Below the pieces are notes generated by a model. That model ran no database searches and was not told the DNA's origin. It saw only the letters and a program-made list of their open reading frames with translations. A DNA stretch of 63,053 nucleotides, counting the filler, from Octopus bimaculoides (lineage: Eukaryota): NCBI RefSeq assembly GCF_001194135.2. It is 8 parts of 6 records of this genome, joined end to end, with 100 filler letters (N's around TTAATTAATTAA, not from the genome) between each part and the next. Parts side by side here need not be neighbours in the genome. Positions count along the whole stretch, not along the records: positions 37,549 to 50,553 come from NC_068984.1; positions 50,654 to 53,057 come from NC_069004.1; 6 more parts are not named here. One strand, given 5' to 3'. The position numbers and the translations under genes are program-made. Of the stretch, positions 38,955 through 52,413 are shown piece by piece (positions within the stretch are counted from its first letter, which is position 1; each line of letters starts with the position of its first letter).

Positions 38955-39989
38955 TCCGTGATGGAAAGATCAACAAAAATTACTCCCTAAACACAATATA
39001 TGTATTTATGTGCTACTATTAATTTCATTCGCGCAGCATGCCAAAGAGTGTTTTTTAACACGTCCAGTATCTGATGATTACGCACATATATATATGTATA
39101 TATATATATACATATGCATATATATACATGTGCATATATATATACATGCATACATATATGTACCTGTAGACGCATATGCATATATATATATAATTAAGAT
39201 TCAGCTGAATCAGGTACTTAAGTTGAAGCACNNNNNNNNNNNNNNNNNNNNNNNNNNNNNNNNNNNNNNNNNNNNNNNNNNNNNNNNNNNNNNNNNNNNN
39301 NNNNNNNNNNNNNNNNNNNNNNNNNNNNNNNNNNNNNNNNNNNNNNNNNNNNNNNNNNNNNNNNNNNNNNNNNNNNNNNNNNNNNNNNNNNNNNNNNNNN
39401 NNNNNNNNNNNNNNNNNNNNNNNNNNNNNNNNNNNNNNNNNNNNNNNNNNNNNNNNNNNNNNNNNNNNNNNNNNNNNNNNNNNNNNNNNNNNNNNNNNNN
39501 NNNNNNNNNNNNNNNNNNNNNNNNNNNNNNNNNNNNNNNNNNNNNNNNNNNNNNNNNNNNNNNNNNNNNNNNNNNNNNNNNNNNNNNNNNNNNNNNNNNN
39601 NNNATATATATATATATATATATATATACATATGCATATATATACATGTGCATATATATATACATGCATACATATATGTACCTGTAGACGCATATGCATA
39701 TATATATATAATTAAGATTCAGCTGAATCAGGTACTTAAGTTGAAGCACTAATGCAGTCCGGTATTGTCTGCACACCTCAAAGTTAATTGCATAAAAAGT
39801 AAATAAGTAACAAGGATGTCCAGGTATGCGTGCATCCGTTTGAAGCGGCTTGAAACAGCCGTAATGCACTGATAGCTGGACATCCTTGTTATGTATTTGC
39901 TTATATATACATACATACATACATACATATATATATATACGTAGAAGGTTAAAAAGGAACACGCAAATTGATATGTATAATAAGATTCC

Positions 39990-40405
39990 AAAATAACTTC
40001 ATCACGATGAACATTTTAGTACCGATTTCAGTCTTTTCGACTTTTTCAACTTAGAGTAAAGCATGAAAGACAATTAAATTGTGGAAAAATCAAATGAAAT
40101 ATTTTTTAAACGCTTCCATAGTTTTCAAATACAAGGGACGTTTTCCTTTTTCTTTCTCTCTCTCTTATTCTTTGAAGGCTTAGTTGCAGGTAGTAGGTAG
40201 TACCAGTCTTAAACGAATATTTGAAATCAAACTAAGCCTTCACAAGAATACGAGAGAGAGAAAGAAAAAAGAAAAAAGGTCCCTTGTATTTGAAAACTAT
40301 GGAAATATGTTTCATTTAATTTTTCTACAATTTCATATAAGCTTAAAAAGTCGGAAAGACTGAAACTGGTACTAAAATTTTTCTTCATGATAAAATGATT
40401 TTAGC
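39990..40405. mobile_element. Palindromic MITE-like element (~190-bp arms, ~43-bp spacer)
   Basis: TTTTAGTACC..TTTCAGTCTT..TTCCATAGTTTTCAAATACAAGGGAC..GAAGGCTTAGTT is mirrored at 40229-40405. Confidence 0.85.
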
Positions 40406-42129
40406 ATCCCCACCGTGTGTTATTTTCCTTATATATGCATGACCACAGCCACTTGGCTGAAACACATAAATAAATAAATATATATTATATACACCAATTG
40501 AGTTCGAATGGAAACAGAAAGCTCATCAGAATTTAGAATGAAATATATCGATATTTCTATTGTTATTACATTAAAAGTTTCAGATAAAGATATGTTCATA
40601 ATTGAGTTAAAGTTACCATCAATCAGTAAACATATAAATCCAGCGAAAATTTACAATTTTGTTTACCAAATGCAAATTTACTGATGGTACAAGTGGTCTC
40701 CTTTTATACTGCTCGATTGTGAAACGTTACAATTTGCGCCACAATACTAACACCATCTTTGTTGTGTTGGGTGGTTTTCGTAAACTTCAGAAATTTAATA
40801 GAGAAAAATAGAATCAGAAATATCTCTGTAAATATTTGTAATATCAGTCTTAGTCGGGAGATAAAGTGGGAAAATGTTATGATATGAGACAGCAAGAGAA
40901 TACCGATTAGCATATGGTAAAGAAAACATATGGGTGTTTATGACAGATAAATTTAATCTGCGTATGTTCCAAGATATTTCTGACAATTGTAGCACCGTTG
41001 AAGACAACAGGGATATGCATTGTAATGTTAAATACTGAAGTTTCGGTACTATATGTTATATATATATTGTTATCTATGGTAGCTTAAGTGTTAGTGTCGT
41101 AAGTACAAGCCTTGTGGAAAATTTCTTTGTTTCATGTGAGTTTATGAATCTTCTTACTCATTATATTAACAAGGCTTTAATGTATAAAGCGGTGTTAGAT
41201 ATGAATAATAATATATGGTAGTTTGTTTTGAATTTCGTTTACGTTACGTTCTTTGCATTTTTTACTGCTTAATTCGAAAGTGACATTAAGTAAATTTCAT
41301 ATATTAATTTTAGTGAAGTTTGTTCTATATGTGAGGAAATTCTTAAATTGTTTATTACGGTTTTATCCGTAAATACGATTTCATTATACCAGCTGACATG
41401 CTGACATGGTGAGAAGCAGCTAAGTCATCACACCGAAATTATCAGACATAATCTAAATAATCCATTGTACACTTATACTATATTGTCCAGTTAGCTAATA
41501 AGCAGGAGCAATATCGAACGCCTTTTTACTGATATCGATCGAATCTTAAGGATGAAACTTCTTTTAAAAAAACATACTGAAACTTTATCAAATAGCAGAG
41601 AGAGTGCTTCAGGCGCGTAAAGTGATAGCATTATTACTACTTATAAGACTTAGCATTTAGCAAAATCTAGGACATTTATAAGTAAAGATTTAGAGGAAGA
41701 AAAGTTTAAAATTCTACTATGAGGAATCATGTCAAATTAAAGATAAGCTTATTGCGAATACTAATGAACTGAGAAACATCTGTTATTTCATTACTGAAAT
41801 CTGAATGCGAACTACATCTATTTGGTTTGTTTCACGATTAATTAATCTTGCTTTTCGATTTAAGGGAGAATTCCCCTTGTCATTTATAAATTTCAATTTG
41901 CGCTTCGCGTTTGAATAGATATTGTAGTTAACAACGTGTATATATTTTTTAACCGAAATCTGAGCTGGCGATGTTTATTATTATTGCCGTCTTGCAATTT
42001 TGCTTCCCTTACTTTATTATTATTGTCTTCCAGACACTTAGGGCAAAGAAACACATTGTAAACATTGATAGGCCGTTAAAATAAACACAAAAGTGTGTTT
42101 ATTTACAAACTCAAATACAATTATGTACA

Positions 42130-43560
42130 AAATATATTTACATAGATGGTAATCGTTATTACAGTGACGACGCACTTCTCGATACGTGTGACGTATCAGT
42201 CCTGCCGAAACATTAAGCCTACAAGGGGTACTCATGTTGATCAATACACAGACTTCATTACTTTAGTTTTTAACCACAATACCCGGTTTCTTAGCTTTGC
42301 TGCGCTCTGTCTGTATGTCCTGAGAAGTGTCAAAGAAACGTTAGCTTTTCTTTCACAGTTATAGCCAAAGGTGATGCTTATAATCCTTCTCCACTTTTGT
42401 TTTTATGATGATGACATATTAAGCACTATATATATTGTCTTGATTTAAACTGTACTGGTGTTTAAACTTTACATCTGCAGATTAATTGATCCACTGTTTC
42501 TATTTCATCATCGTGGAATCGGCGTTTTGGATCTATTCAATTTTTCATCACATTGGCTCGGCACTCCAGGGTCAATAAGCTAAGATGAAGGGTTCGCTCT
42601 CTACCTCTAGCCTTGACCTCTGTAGCCACTATTAGACGTGCTTCTGGTTAAAATCAGCTTCTTTCCTTCTAGCTACATATTGGCTATAAAGAGGTTTTTG
42701 CTCCCACCTACCAGCCAATTTTTCATGCGCATTGTTTTGCTATCAATTTTACTTTCTTTACAACAGTTGCCACACTTCCTGGGAGAAATTCAGCCTGCGT
42801 ATCATTCATGAAATCAGTAACAAATCGTTTTTTCTCCTTGAAGACAGAATGAAGCCTCTTACGTCTCTCGTGGCATTCAAAGAGTTTTACGACCTAGTCG
42901 TTAGTTGTTTCAAGATATTTGGCCAGTGAAATTATGGTGCTTTTGTAAGAAAGTTCATACTGGATCAGGCTACGATTTAATTGGGCTCTGAAAAATTAAA
43001 GACGATCAATGTCTGCCTTTGGGCGGTGCACCTTTTTATAAGTAAGCAGCTTACAATTTTTTGTCTTTTGAGTTACTTAATTTTACTGATATTCTTATTT
43101 AACTCATTGACGCTATAACTAAGAACAAAAGAGCAAAGGAGTTTCCGGCTAACACATTTTAATGCATTTTTATCTCAGATTTCAGAACTGCTCAAACTGT
43201 TATGTGGTATACCTTCCTGATCTTCTCTTTCGTGCTTTCATACTGAACGCCAGAGCCTTCATCTACTCATAGGTCTTTATAAGTTTGCTCCTGCTCAAAT
43301 TCTTTTACAACTGTCAACATCCAAAAGACTGAATTTGAGGTTTTGAATTTCCCTTTTTTGGATAGTGGTTCCTGACACACTTATCAAGAGCAAACTCCAT
43401 CCTGATGTCATTGCTGAATGATTTCACAGTACGTAATATCCTTCAAGCTCATTTGTTTTCCATAATATTGCTTTTAGTTGCCCATGTAAAATAAATTACC
43501 CATTTTCTTTTTGTCAATTTTATACCAGCACCCTGTTCAGTTAAATTCACTTGTAAGGAG
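42130..43560 (-). mobile_element. R4/Dong-like LINE fragment (RT C-terminal half to REL endonuclease), heavily decayed
   Basis: Frames NLFYMGN*KQY (YMDD region), VKSFSNDIRMEFALDKC, EFEQEQTYKDL, HRPKADIDRL, SLIQYELSYKSTIISLAKYLE, DPKRRFHDDEIETVDQLICRC and HTDR..KKPGIVVKN..VLINMSTP. Confidence 0.85.
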
Positions 43561-43807
43561 AATTAAAGCTTGACCTCCCTCTCGGTTGAACGAAGAAGGC
43601 CTCTTCTGCAGTGTCTTCTGTCTGCATAGGTCGTCATGTCCTAACTGACCAAAAGTTACATACACGTTGTCTACGCTTATCGGTTATGTAGGTGTCGGAA
43701 TATTTTACTGAAGTGTGGTTGCTACTGCATGCAATCAGCTACGTGGATACACAAGTGGGATTTGGGAGCCATGTGGACACGAAAGATGCTGAAGTACCCT
43801 TAATGGT

Positions 43808-43821
43808 TATTATTATTATTA

Positions 43822-43899
<78 letters not shown>

Positions 43900-44006
43900 T
43901 CACTGCCTGGAAATGAACTCGGAATCTTGGGGTTAGTAGCCCGCGCTTTTTACCACTACGGGCATATGGCATAGTGGTTAAGAGCGCGGGCTACTGACCC
44001 CAAGAT
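43808..44006. mobile_element. Short tRNA-derived SINE (family C: head plus (AAT)n) on minus, joined head-to-head with a partial plus-strand head
   Basis: Minus: GTAGTGGTAAAAAGCGCGGGCTACTAACCCCAAGATTCCGAGTTCATTTCCAGGCAGTGACCTG(AAT)n. Plus 43960-44006: GGGCATATGGCATAGTGGTTAAGAGCGCGGGCTACTGACCCCAAGAT. A-box-like and B-box-like motifs present. Confidence 0.75.
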
Positions 44007-46201
44007 ACTCTTAATGGTGTCATGTATTCCCTCGTAGAGTGTCACTGGTCATATATAGACCGGTGATTGATTACGGCGTAAATGGTCACCTGAGGCGATT
44101 AGTATCACCGACAAGTTAATACAAACACAATATGTGTGTAGGGATCTGTGTCTGTATATGTCCGTCTGTTTGTCTGTCTGTATATATACGTCATTCATTG
44201 TCACAGGGATGAGAATCAGAGGACACTAGATTGACTTTACACATATTTGTACAGATGAAATACATTTAAACAGTTTTCTTATTCGTGTCCAATGTTAACA
44301 TTAACTAAACGTATAAATGCTAAATCTTTGCGTTCTATCTGCCAATGTGTTTTCAAGAAAATGATATTTTCATCTCTATATGGGACATAAAATATTTTCA
44401 AATACTTTTTCTGACTAATTTTGCATTATCCGAAAAGAAACTTGTATGCACTTCAGCTAGACTTCAGAACGATAGAAAGAACAAATAAAATTTTAAGGAA
44501 GAACGACGTGAATTGGTGGAATATTTTGTCAAAGAAGATAAGCATCATTTTATATGAAAATAAAAACAGATATAATCATATTCCACCGATGCCATTGCAT
44601 AGATATAGTTAAGTGCACTCATACTCACAGAATAATAACAAAAATATTAAAGAGAAAGAAGTAAATAAATAAATAGATCAAATTATAGATGACATAAATA
44701 AAGTATTAGATTGCTTGTGGTAATGTTCTTACGTAACTCACACACACCTAAGCACATATTTCTATACATAGACGCAAACACAAATACATACGCACATACG
44801 TACACGTGCATATATCTTATATTTGTACAGCGTGAATCAGAAGTCCCTCTAGTGATTACGTAATATATATTTTTTCAAACAATTTCACTTCCATATGTTC
44901 TTAATGTTACCTTCACTATTTTGTAGTGTATATTTTTCAATATATGCATTTTATATTTAGAAAAATATCATTATTAAAAGATGAGGAAATGATCATTGAC
45001 ATAAAAACGCTGCGGTATAACGTATCGATTGTGCAATTCCAAATTTAAGAAAAGAAGTAAAACGGTAAATATCCAAGCTATATTATAATTTACGAAGCCT
45101 TCAAGAGATTTGAAGCTACATCTTCACTTGAAGATCTTAGAAGCTCCAAAAAGCAGAAAAATTTCAATGAAACACAGCTCTATATCTCAGTTACTGTTTT
45201 ATTTTTAGCAAAATCTCTACAATTTATTACGGTAAGCTTTAAGGTTGTAGTCAATCTTACATATTCATTTAAATGTGTATATGACATCTACTATGTATAA
45301 TTCTACTTTTTTAGTTCATAAATAGGTCCATATTTGAATCAATCATATGCTAATGTTTCATTGTATTAAGAAGATTATTCTTCAAAAAATTACATTTTAA
45401 TGGGTAACTGAGAATATATCAATGTTATATCCATAATAAAATCTTTAAGATCGGTTCCAATACATGTTGTTATAGGGGGTTTAGTTAGTTTTTCCGAAAA
45501 GGTAAAATAATACATTATATTCGAGGTCCCATGCAGAAGATGCTCAAAGAGATAAAATAGTATCAATTAGATCAGAAGACTAAGCTCATTATAAAAGAGA
45601 AGCCGATCATTCCTAAATCCACCTAAATCAACCTAAACTCCGGTATGCTTCTCCAAGATATAATAGTATCAATATATCGACATAGCCAGAGCTCTAAACC
45701 GAGTCACACTTCGCTATACTGATATCAATTGGAGTACTCACAAAAGTGTTTTCTCATGTAGTCATCGAAGTTTATACCAAGTTCTATTCATAAAGAATAA
45801 TAATATATTTCGGAATGCTTAATTCCCATAATAGCTTCATATAACATGATTACCATAAGTAATAACGGCAGTTTTATAAATACACATTTATAAGACTAAC
45901 GTTACATACATTTATCCAATGTCCTATTGGATAAATGAATTTATTTTCTCTATCGGAACACTGTTGAAACATTCTAGCAATATGAATAAATTTACTTCAC
46001 AGATGTGAAAGAGTTATTCTGATAATCTTAGTCAATAATTTATATCATATTATTTTACTAATTCTACCAATATGATTGTGTATTTTCAATTTTAATTAAT
46101 TATAAATTATTGTAAACATATATTGATAGCTAAACCTTATGTCAAAGAGTAACGTGAAGTTCGACGCAATGACAAGTAGGTTAACAACTTCGATACTGCT
46201 C

Positions 46202-46259
<58 letters not shown>

Positions 46260-46859
46260 TGATGATAATAATAATAATAATTGACTGAATCCATAACATA
46301 ACCAACCCAAAAAGAAACAACGGCGCGTGAATGATCATAATACTATAAAATAGTTGATTTATGAGTTACACTCACTACTACGCAACACCCTTCCAAAAAC
46401 ATACAAGAATAAACTCATACTGTTAATACCCAACAAAATGAACAAAGCCCACAACATGTACCATAGGAGGCTGATACCTGACAGAAGAACACAACCTGCG
46501 CTGCGCAAACAACACACAGTATAAAAACTAGTGCAACAGAAGACTCAAACCACACCCCATAAGAAAACGTATTGATACAATACAATATTACCCCCCCCCC
46601 CAAGAAAATTCAGCAGACCCCACTCAAGCAGCACATACATGCAACAAATGATGCAATAGTGGCTTGAAACTTTTAGAAAAATGATAGTGATGATGACGAT
46701 GTTTACGAACATTACCTTACCTCAGTTTATAAGAGACGGGTTTCCGAAGTAACTTTGGTTGTAACAGGGAAAATGAAGCTGGACCTTTCAGGGAAGGCCT
46801 CTCGCTCGGCGGTGGTTCAGTAAAGATGCAGACTGACAACAACTGATATCCAATTACAG

Positions 46860-49800
46860 CAGTTGCACTTGAAAAAGGAGGAGGAAGTGGACCACAGAAT
46901 AAAACAGGTTAACGATAATGTGTAACTTAAAAAGCGAACCCAAAAGAAGTGGCTTTAGAAAATGGATGCTAAAACTTTGGGTAGAGAAGGGTAAGTTTAA
47001 AGTGACTGAGCAGACATTAGTTGATCAATCTAATAGTATTAGGAGAGGAAAGTGGATGACCGAATTGGAGGTAGAAGAGATCACAAGAAAACTGGAAAAG
47101 AAAGATCAGGCAGTGGGAAAGACAAACAACAACATGAGATACAGCTCAAACCAAAGAAGTAACAAAAAGCAAAAAAAAAAAAATAAAATAATATATATAT
47201 ATAACCAAAGCGCTACCAATAGAGACGGGGCAACTGGCGACAACGACTGAGTGATTTAAGTGAGGAAGATCAGAAGATTTTAGATAAGTTGCAGGAAGTA
47301 ATGAGTAAGGAAGGAAGAAAAAGATTGCCAGCATTAAAAGGCATCAACAGAAGGAAGCTGCTATAAATGGCCAGGTATGTGGATTCTGTTATCAGTAGGA
47401 TAGATACTAAAACTATAGGAGGCACTAACTTATTGATCTATGCAGGAGGGTTAGTAGTCACCAGAAGACTAGATATCTCACAAGATCTGAGTAGAATAAA
47501 AGTCAGGAAACCTAACAATTTAGGAAACACAAGATGCAAGTCTTCACTCGAGAGGAGATATTTAGTCAAAGAGAAGGGATTTCGGAGAGTAATGAAGAGT
47601 TGAAACAGCGTATCATAGCAGTAGTAGGCAAGCTCTATAGATATCAAAAAGGAATAGATGAGTATCAACACAATAGATTATTTGAGACAGACCAGAGGAG
47701 ATTTTATATACAAAAAATAGTGGAGAACGAAGTAGTGAAGAAGAGAAACATAATGCACAAGAAGCTAGTAAGTTCTGAAGTAATATTTGTGAGGAGAAGG
47801 CGGCGAGCTAGCAGCAACGTTAGCACGCTTAGCGGTATTTCGTCTGTTTTTACGTTCTGCTTTCAAATTCCCTCGAGGTCGACTGGCCTTTCATCCTTTC
47901 GGGGTCGATAAATTAAGTACCGGCTACGTACTGGGGTTGATTTAATCGACTGGTCTCCTCCCCTGAAGTCTTGGGCCTCGTGCCTAGAGTTGGAAAGGAT
48001 ATTTGGGATAAGCCAATCAATCACAATGGAGATGCAGTGTGGTTTAAGAAAGTGAGGGAAGAAGTAATGAGTGAGAAGCAGCCAGATCTAAGATTAACGA
48101 GTACATTAATGAGTAAAGTGTTAGGAAAAATGCCGAATTGGAAGGGCTTAGGACTAAAGAAATTCAGTAGTTTACATGGAAGATTGAGGGAACAACTTCA
48201 GACTTGCCTTAATAGAAGAATAATACCAGATTAGATGAATAGAAGTTGGACAATTCTCATTATGAAAGATAACTGCAAGGGTAATACAGCTACCGACTAT
48301 AGATCAATCACTTGCTTGTCATTAGCGCGGAAGCTGTTAAAAGGAATGCTTTCTGAAAGCATTTATGAGCAACTTGACAACCAGAATTTACTACAAGTAG
48401 AACAGAAAGGTTGTAGGAAGAAGGCTAGAGAAACGCAGTATCTATTATATATATAGATAAAACAGTTTTAAACGAAGTAAAAGCTAGAAGGAAATACCTA
48501 ACAATAGCATTGATAGATTATAAGAAAGCATATGACATGATCCCATACTCATGTGAATGTTTTAGTATATTCAGTATAGCAGACAACATAAGAGAATTAA
48601 TTAAATTTAGCATGAAGAAATGTAAAGTAGATTTCTTCTCAGGTGACACACTCTTAGGGAAAGTTAATATCAAAAGAGGAATTTTTTCCAGGGGGACTCG
48701 TTGTCACCTTTAATATTTGTCTTATGTTTAGTAGTAAGGAAGGCAAATGCAGGGTATCACTTCAGAAAAAGTGATAAAAAAATTAACCATTTGCTCTACA
48801 TGGGTGATCTGAAACTTTTTAGTATAAATGAAAAAGAGAAAGCATTCTTTTCATGCTTTTTCATACTTTTCATTCTTTTTCAATTAGTAAGAATGAAAAA
48901 GAATAAAAAAAGAGATAGATTCCTTAATACAGACTTTAAGTCTCTTCAGCAAAAGTACAAGCATGGACTTTGGCATCGATAAGTGTGCAATATTATTCAT
49001 GAGAAGGGGACAGGTAGTCAACAGCAAAGGCTTTCAATTGCCAGGTGGCCAGACATTAAAATCACTGAAAGTCGGAGAGAGTTATAAGTATTTAGGAGTA
49101 TTAGAATCTGACAGAGAACTAACCACAGAAATGAAAACGAAAATTGAGAAGTGCATCAGATGGATTAGGAAGCTAATTAAGTGAAGGCTAAGTGGTCTGA
49201 ATCTAGTGAAGGCTGTAAATAGTTGGGCATTATTATTACTTAGATAATCAACAGCTTTTTTAGATTGGACAAACGCTGAATTAGCAAAGTTTGACAAAAG
49301 AACTAGGAAGGAATTCAATATGAATGGAGGACTCCACCCAAGTGCAGGAGTAGCAAGATCGTACCTACCTAGAAAGGAAGGCAGGAGTGGGTTAATATCA
49401 GCAGAAGACTGCGTTGAGTTAGCTACAGCAGATATAGACTCCTATGTAGGTAACAATGAAGAAAGATTATTAAAAGCTATTAAAGCCACAGCAAGTCATA
49501 GGGAAACAAAAAACCCAAACGAACTTACAAAACAGAGATTCCGTCCCCGAAATTATCTGACTGGCAGGAGATGGCGTTGCACGGTAGATTCCAAAAGATA
49601 GTCTCAGCAAATAATAATAGGGAGACATGGCTATGGATGCAAAGAGGAAAGCTGACAGAAAGTATGTTAGTAGCTGCACAACATCATGCATTATGAAAGA
49701 ATTGGATAAAAGACAAGACAGACAAACAAAAGTAGATTCCCAATGTAGATTATGCAAATCAAAAGAGGAAAGCGTTATCATATGGTAAGTGAATGAAACA

Positions 49801-50208
49801 TGTTGGCACAGAATGAATACAAAATAAAGACATGACAATCTAGAGAGAGCAATCAACTGAGATCTAAGTTGAACATACTTATAAATGGTATGGACATGAA
49901 CCTACTAAAGTACTAGGAAGTAAGAAATACAAGATGTTGTGGGAATATAACATTCGGACTGACAAAGGAATGAAAGCTAGAAGGCCTGATTTAGTAGTAG
50001 TAGATAAAAAGAATAGAAAGTGACAGATAATTGACTTTACAGTCCCAAACGATGAAAACATTAATATGAAAGGTGTAGAAAAAATATCGAAGTACAAGGA
50101 ACTAGCAATTGAATGACATAGACTATGGAAAGTAAGGGTAAAATGTATCCCAGTAGTTATAGGTGTATTGGGAACTATCCTTAAAGATCTGAACAGATAT
50201 ATAGAGGA
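46860..50208 (+). mobile_element. Near full-length decayed R4/Dong-like non-LTR retrotransposon (Myb-like N-terminus, RT, CCHC, REL endonuclease)
   Basis: RRKWTTE..KSEPKRSGFRK, TEQTLVDQSNSIR, HNRLFETDQRRFY, YRSITCL, EQKGCRK, IDYKKAYDMIP, INHLLYMGDLKLF, DFGIDKCA, YKYLGVLE, QCRLCKSKEES, RRPDLVVVDKK..IIDFTVP..EKISKYKEL and IPVVIGVLG. Confidence 0.94.
47790..47998 (+). mobile_element. SINE family A inserted in the Dong-like LINE with a 7-bp TSD
   Basis: ATATTTG at 47783-47789 and 47999-48005. Removing the insert restores F*SNIWDKP in the LINE frame. Confidence 0.92.
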
Positions 50209-50553
50209 CTAGCAGAAATACCCGGCGTTGCCCGGGTTAAAGAGAATAATGAAATCTAAAAACGCCGTCTAGACTACGTATCATCTTTATATATAGAGAT
50301 GTATATACACACACGCACCCAAACACACGTATATATATATGTATATCAATATAAATATATGAAAGTCAATGAAGTTTCGTAAAAGAAGGTGATCATGTAC
50401 ATACTTTCTTGCTGTTGTGATTATAACACCTCATTGTAAACTATGTTCCTTGTTTTCCCTTGTGGAGCATATACAAATAGGTTTTTTGTTGCTGCCCACT
50501 CTTGAGCAGCCAACATACAGTTGTCCATGTGAGAAGCAGGGCTCTTCCAAGAG
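50209..50553 (-). mobile_element. Second copy of the non-autonomous Helitron (3' end, runs into a gap)
   Basis: Nearly identical to 11575-11915: CTAG end, same hairpin, same Pif1 C-terminal remnant (stop at 50421-50423). Confidence 0.92.
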
Positions 50554-50653
50554 NNNNNNNNNNNNNNNNNNNNNNNNNNNNNNNNNNNNNNNNNNNNTTA
50601 ATTAATTAANNNNNNNNNNNNNNNNNNNNNNNNNNNNNNNNNNNNNNNNNNNN

Positions 50654-50705
<52 letters not shown>

Positions 50706-51401
50706 ACATATATATATTTATATTTTTATTGCTTTATATATTTTTACATATTTTTTCTGTATTTTACCTTTCACTCTGCATTTTTCTTGTGCATGTGCAT
50801 ATATGAACATGTATATGAACATTTTTGCGCGCGTATGGGTATCTATACGTGTGTGTGTGTGTGTGTGTGCGTGCGTGTATGTGCACGTGTAGATATGTAT
50901 ATATGTACATGTATATGTACATGTGTATGGTTGTATATATATGTGGGTATACATGCATGTGTTTCACGCGAGTGTGAGTGAGCATATGCATATATAGCAT
51001 GTGCGTACTTTAGACGTGTATTTGAATATAATTGTGTGCGTATGGGTATGTGCACGTGTGTGTGTGTGTGTGTGCGTGCGTGTGTGTGCGGATATGTATA
51101 TGTGTACATGTATGGTTGCATATATATGTGCATATATAGGCCTATGTGTGGATGTGCATATATGTGTTTCATGTGCATATAGGCACATGTACATGGGTGT
51201 ACGTGCTCGTATGTATATGTATGTATGTACATGCGCGCATACGCGATTTCTATGAGCATTTTTACTTTTTTATTTTCTCCCCTTCGGTTTTTTCCCCTTA
51301 TTTAACGGTCATTCTAATAGCTCCTTTATCTTAATAACGATGAATTACATAGTAATTTCCCTTTGTTTAACGGTCCTTTTCATAGCATTTTTTGATTGCA
51401 T

Positions 51402-51464
51402 TGATAACTGACGAGATGCCGGAGCAGATTTCTGCCCCAACATCCGAAACTCGGTGTCTTAGTA
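51402..51464 (+). ncRNA. Candidate type I hammerhead ribozyme with extended stem II and a GUC site
   Basis: TGATAA-CTGACGA-GATG[CCGGAGCAGATTTCTGCCCCAA]CATC-C-GAAA-C(TCGGT)GT-C-TTAGTA. Intact core, internal GCAG/CTGC hairpin, stem I with one mismatch. Confidence 0.55.
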
Positions 51465-52096
51465 TGGCAACCAAATAATTGTCACATATTATATTACAGA
51501 TAAATTCGTCTATTTACATAATATCGAGGTCTCATGCATTATTTTGTTATCATACCATTACTATATATATATATATATATATATNNNNNNNNNNNNNNNN
51601 NNNNNNNNNNNNNNNNNNNNNNNNNNNNNNNNNNNNNNNNNNNNNNNNNNNNNNNNNNNNNNNNNNNNNNNNNNNNNNNNNNNNNNNNNNNNNNNNNNNN
51701 NNNNNNNNNNNNNNNNNNNNNNNNNNNNNNNNNNNNNNNNNNNNNNNNNNNNNNNNNNNNNNNNNNNNNNNNNNNNNNNNNNNNNNNNNNNNNNNNNNNN
51801 NNNNNNNNNNNNNNNNNNNNNNNNNNNNNNNNNNNNNNNNNNNNNNNNNNNNNNNNNNNNNNNNNNNNNNNNNNNNNNNNNNNNNNNNNNNNNNNNNNNN
51901 NNNNNNNNNNNNNNNNNNNNNNNNNNNNNNNNNNNNNNNNNNNNNNNNNNNNNNNNNNNNNNNNNNNNNNNNNNNNNNNNNNNNNNNNNNNNNNNNNNNN
52001 NNNNNNNNNNNNNNNNNNNNNNNNNNNNNNNNNNNNNNNNNNNNNNNNNNNNNNNNNNNNNNNNNNNNNNNNNNNNNNNNNNNNNNNNNNNNNNNN

Positions 52097-52153
<57 letters not shown>

Positions 52154-52413
52154 CATATTATACATGCATATACACACATGTATGTATACATATAAATTTA
52201 GATGTATACATGTATATGTTACCGGTCATCTGACCTTGTTTAAATTTCTGTTTCTTCTCACTCCCTTGTGTTTCTTTTCCTTTTTCCTCCTTTTAATCTT
52301 GATTTCTCTCAACAGTCATATTCTCCATACCTACTGTGCTCTCTACGCATTCTGATTGAATCTTCCATGCATTACCATGTACCGCCTTGTGACAATGTAA
52401 ACTTTCACTTATC

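Noticed and set aside
39100-39750. Direct repeat of ~130 bp (39100-39231 and ~39620-39749), including the palindrome GATTCAGCTGAATC
   Set aside because: Identical sequence on both sides of one gap; most likely overlapping contig ends. The same applies to 36283-36360.
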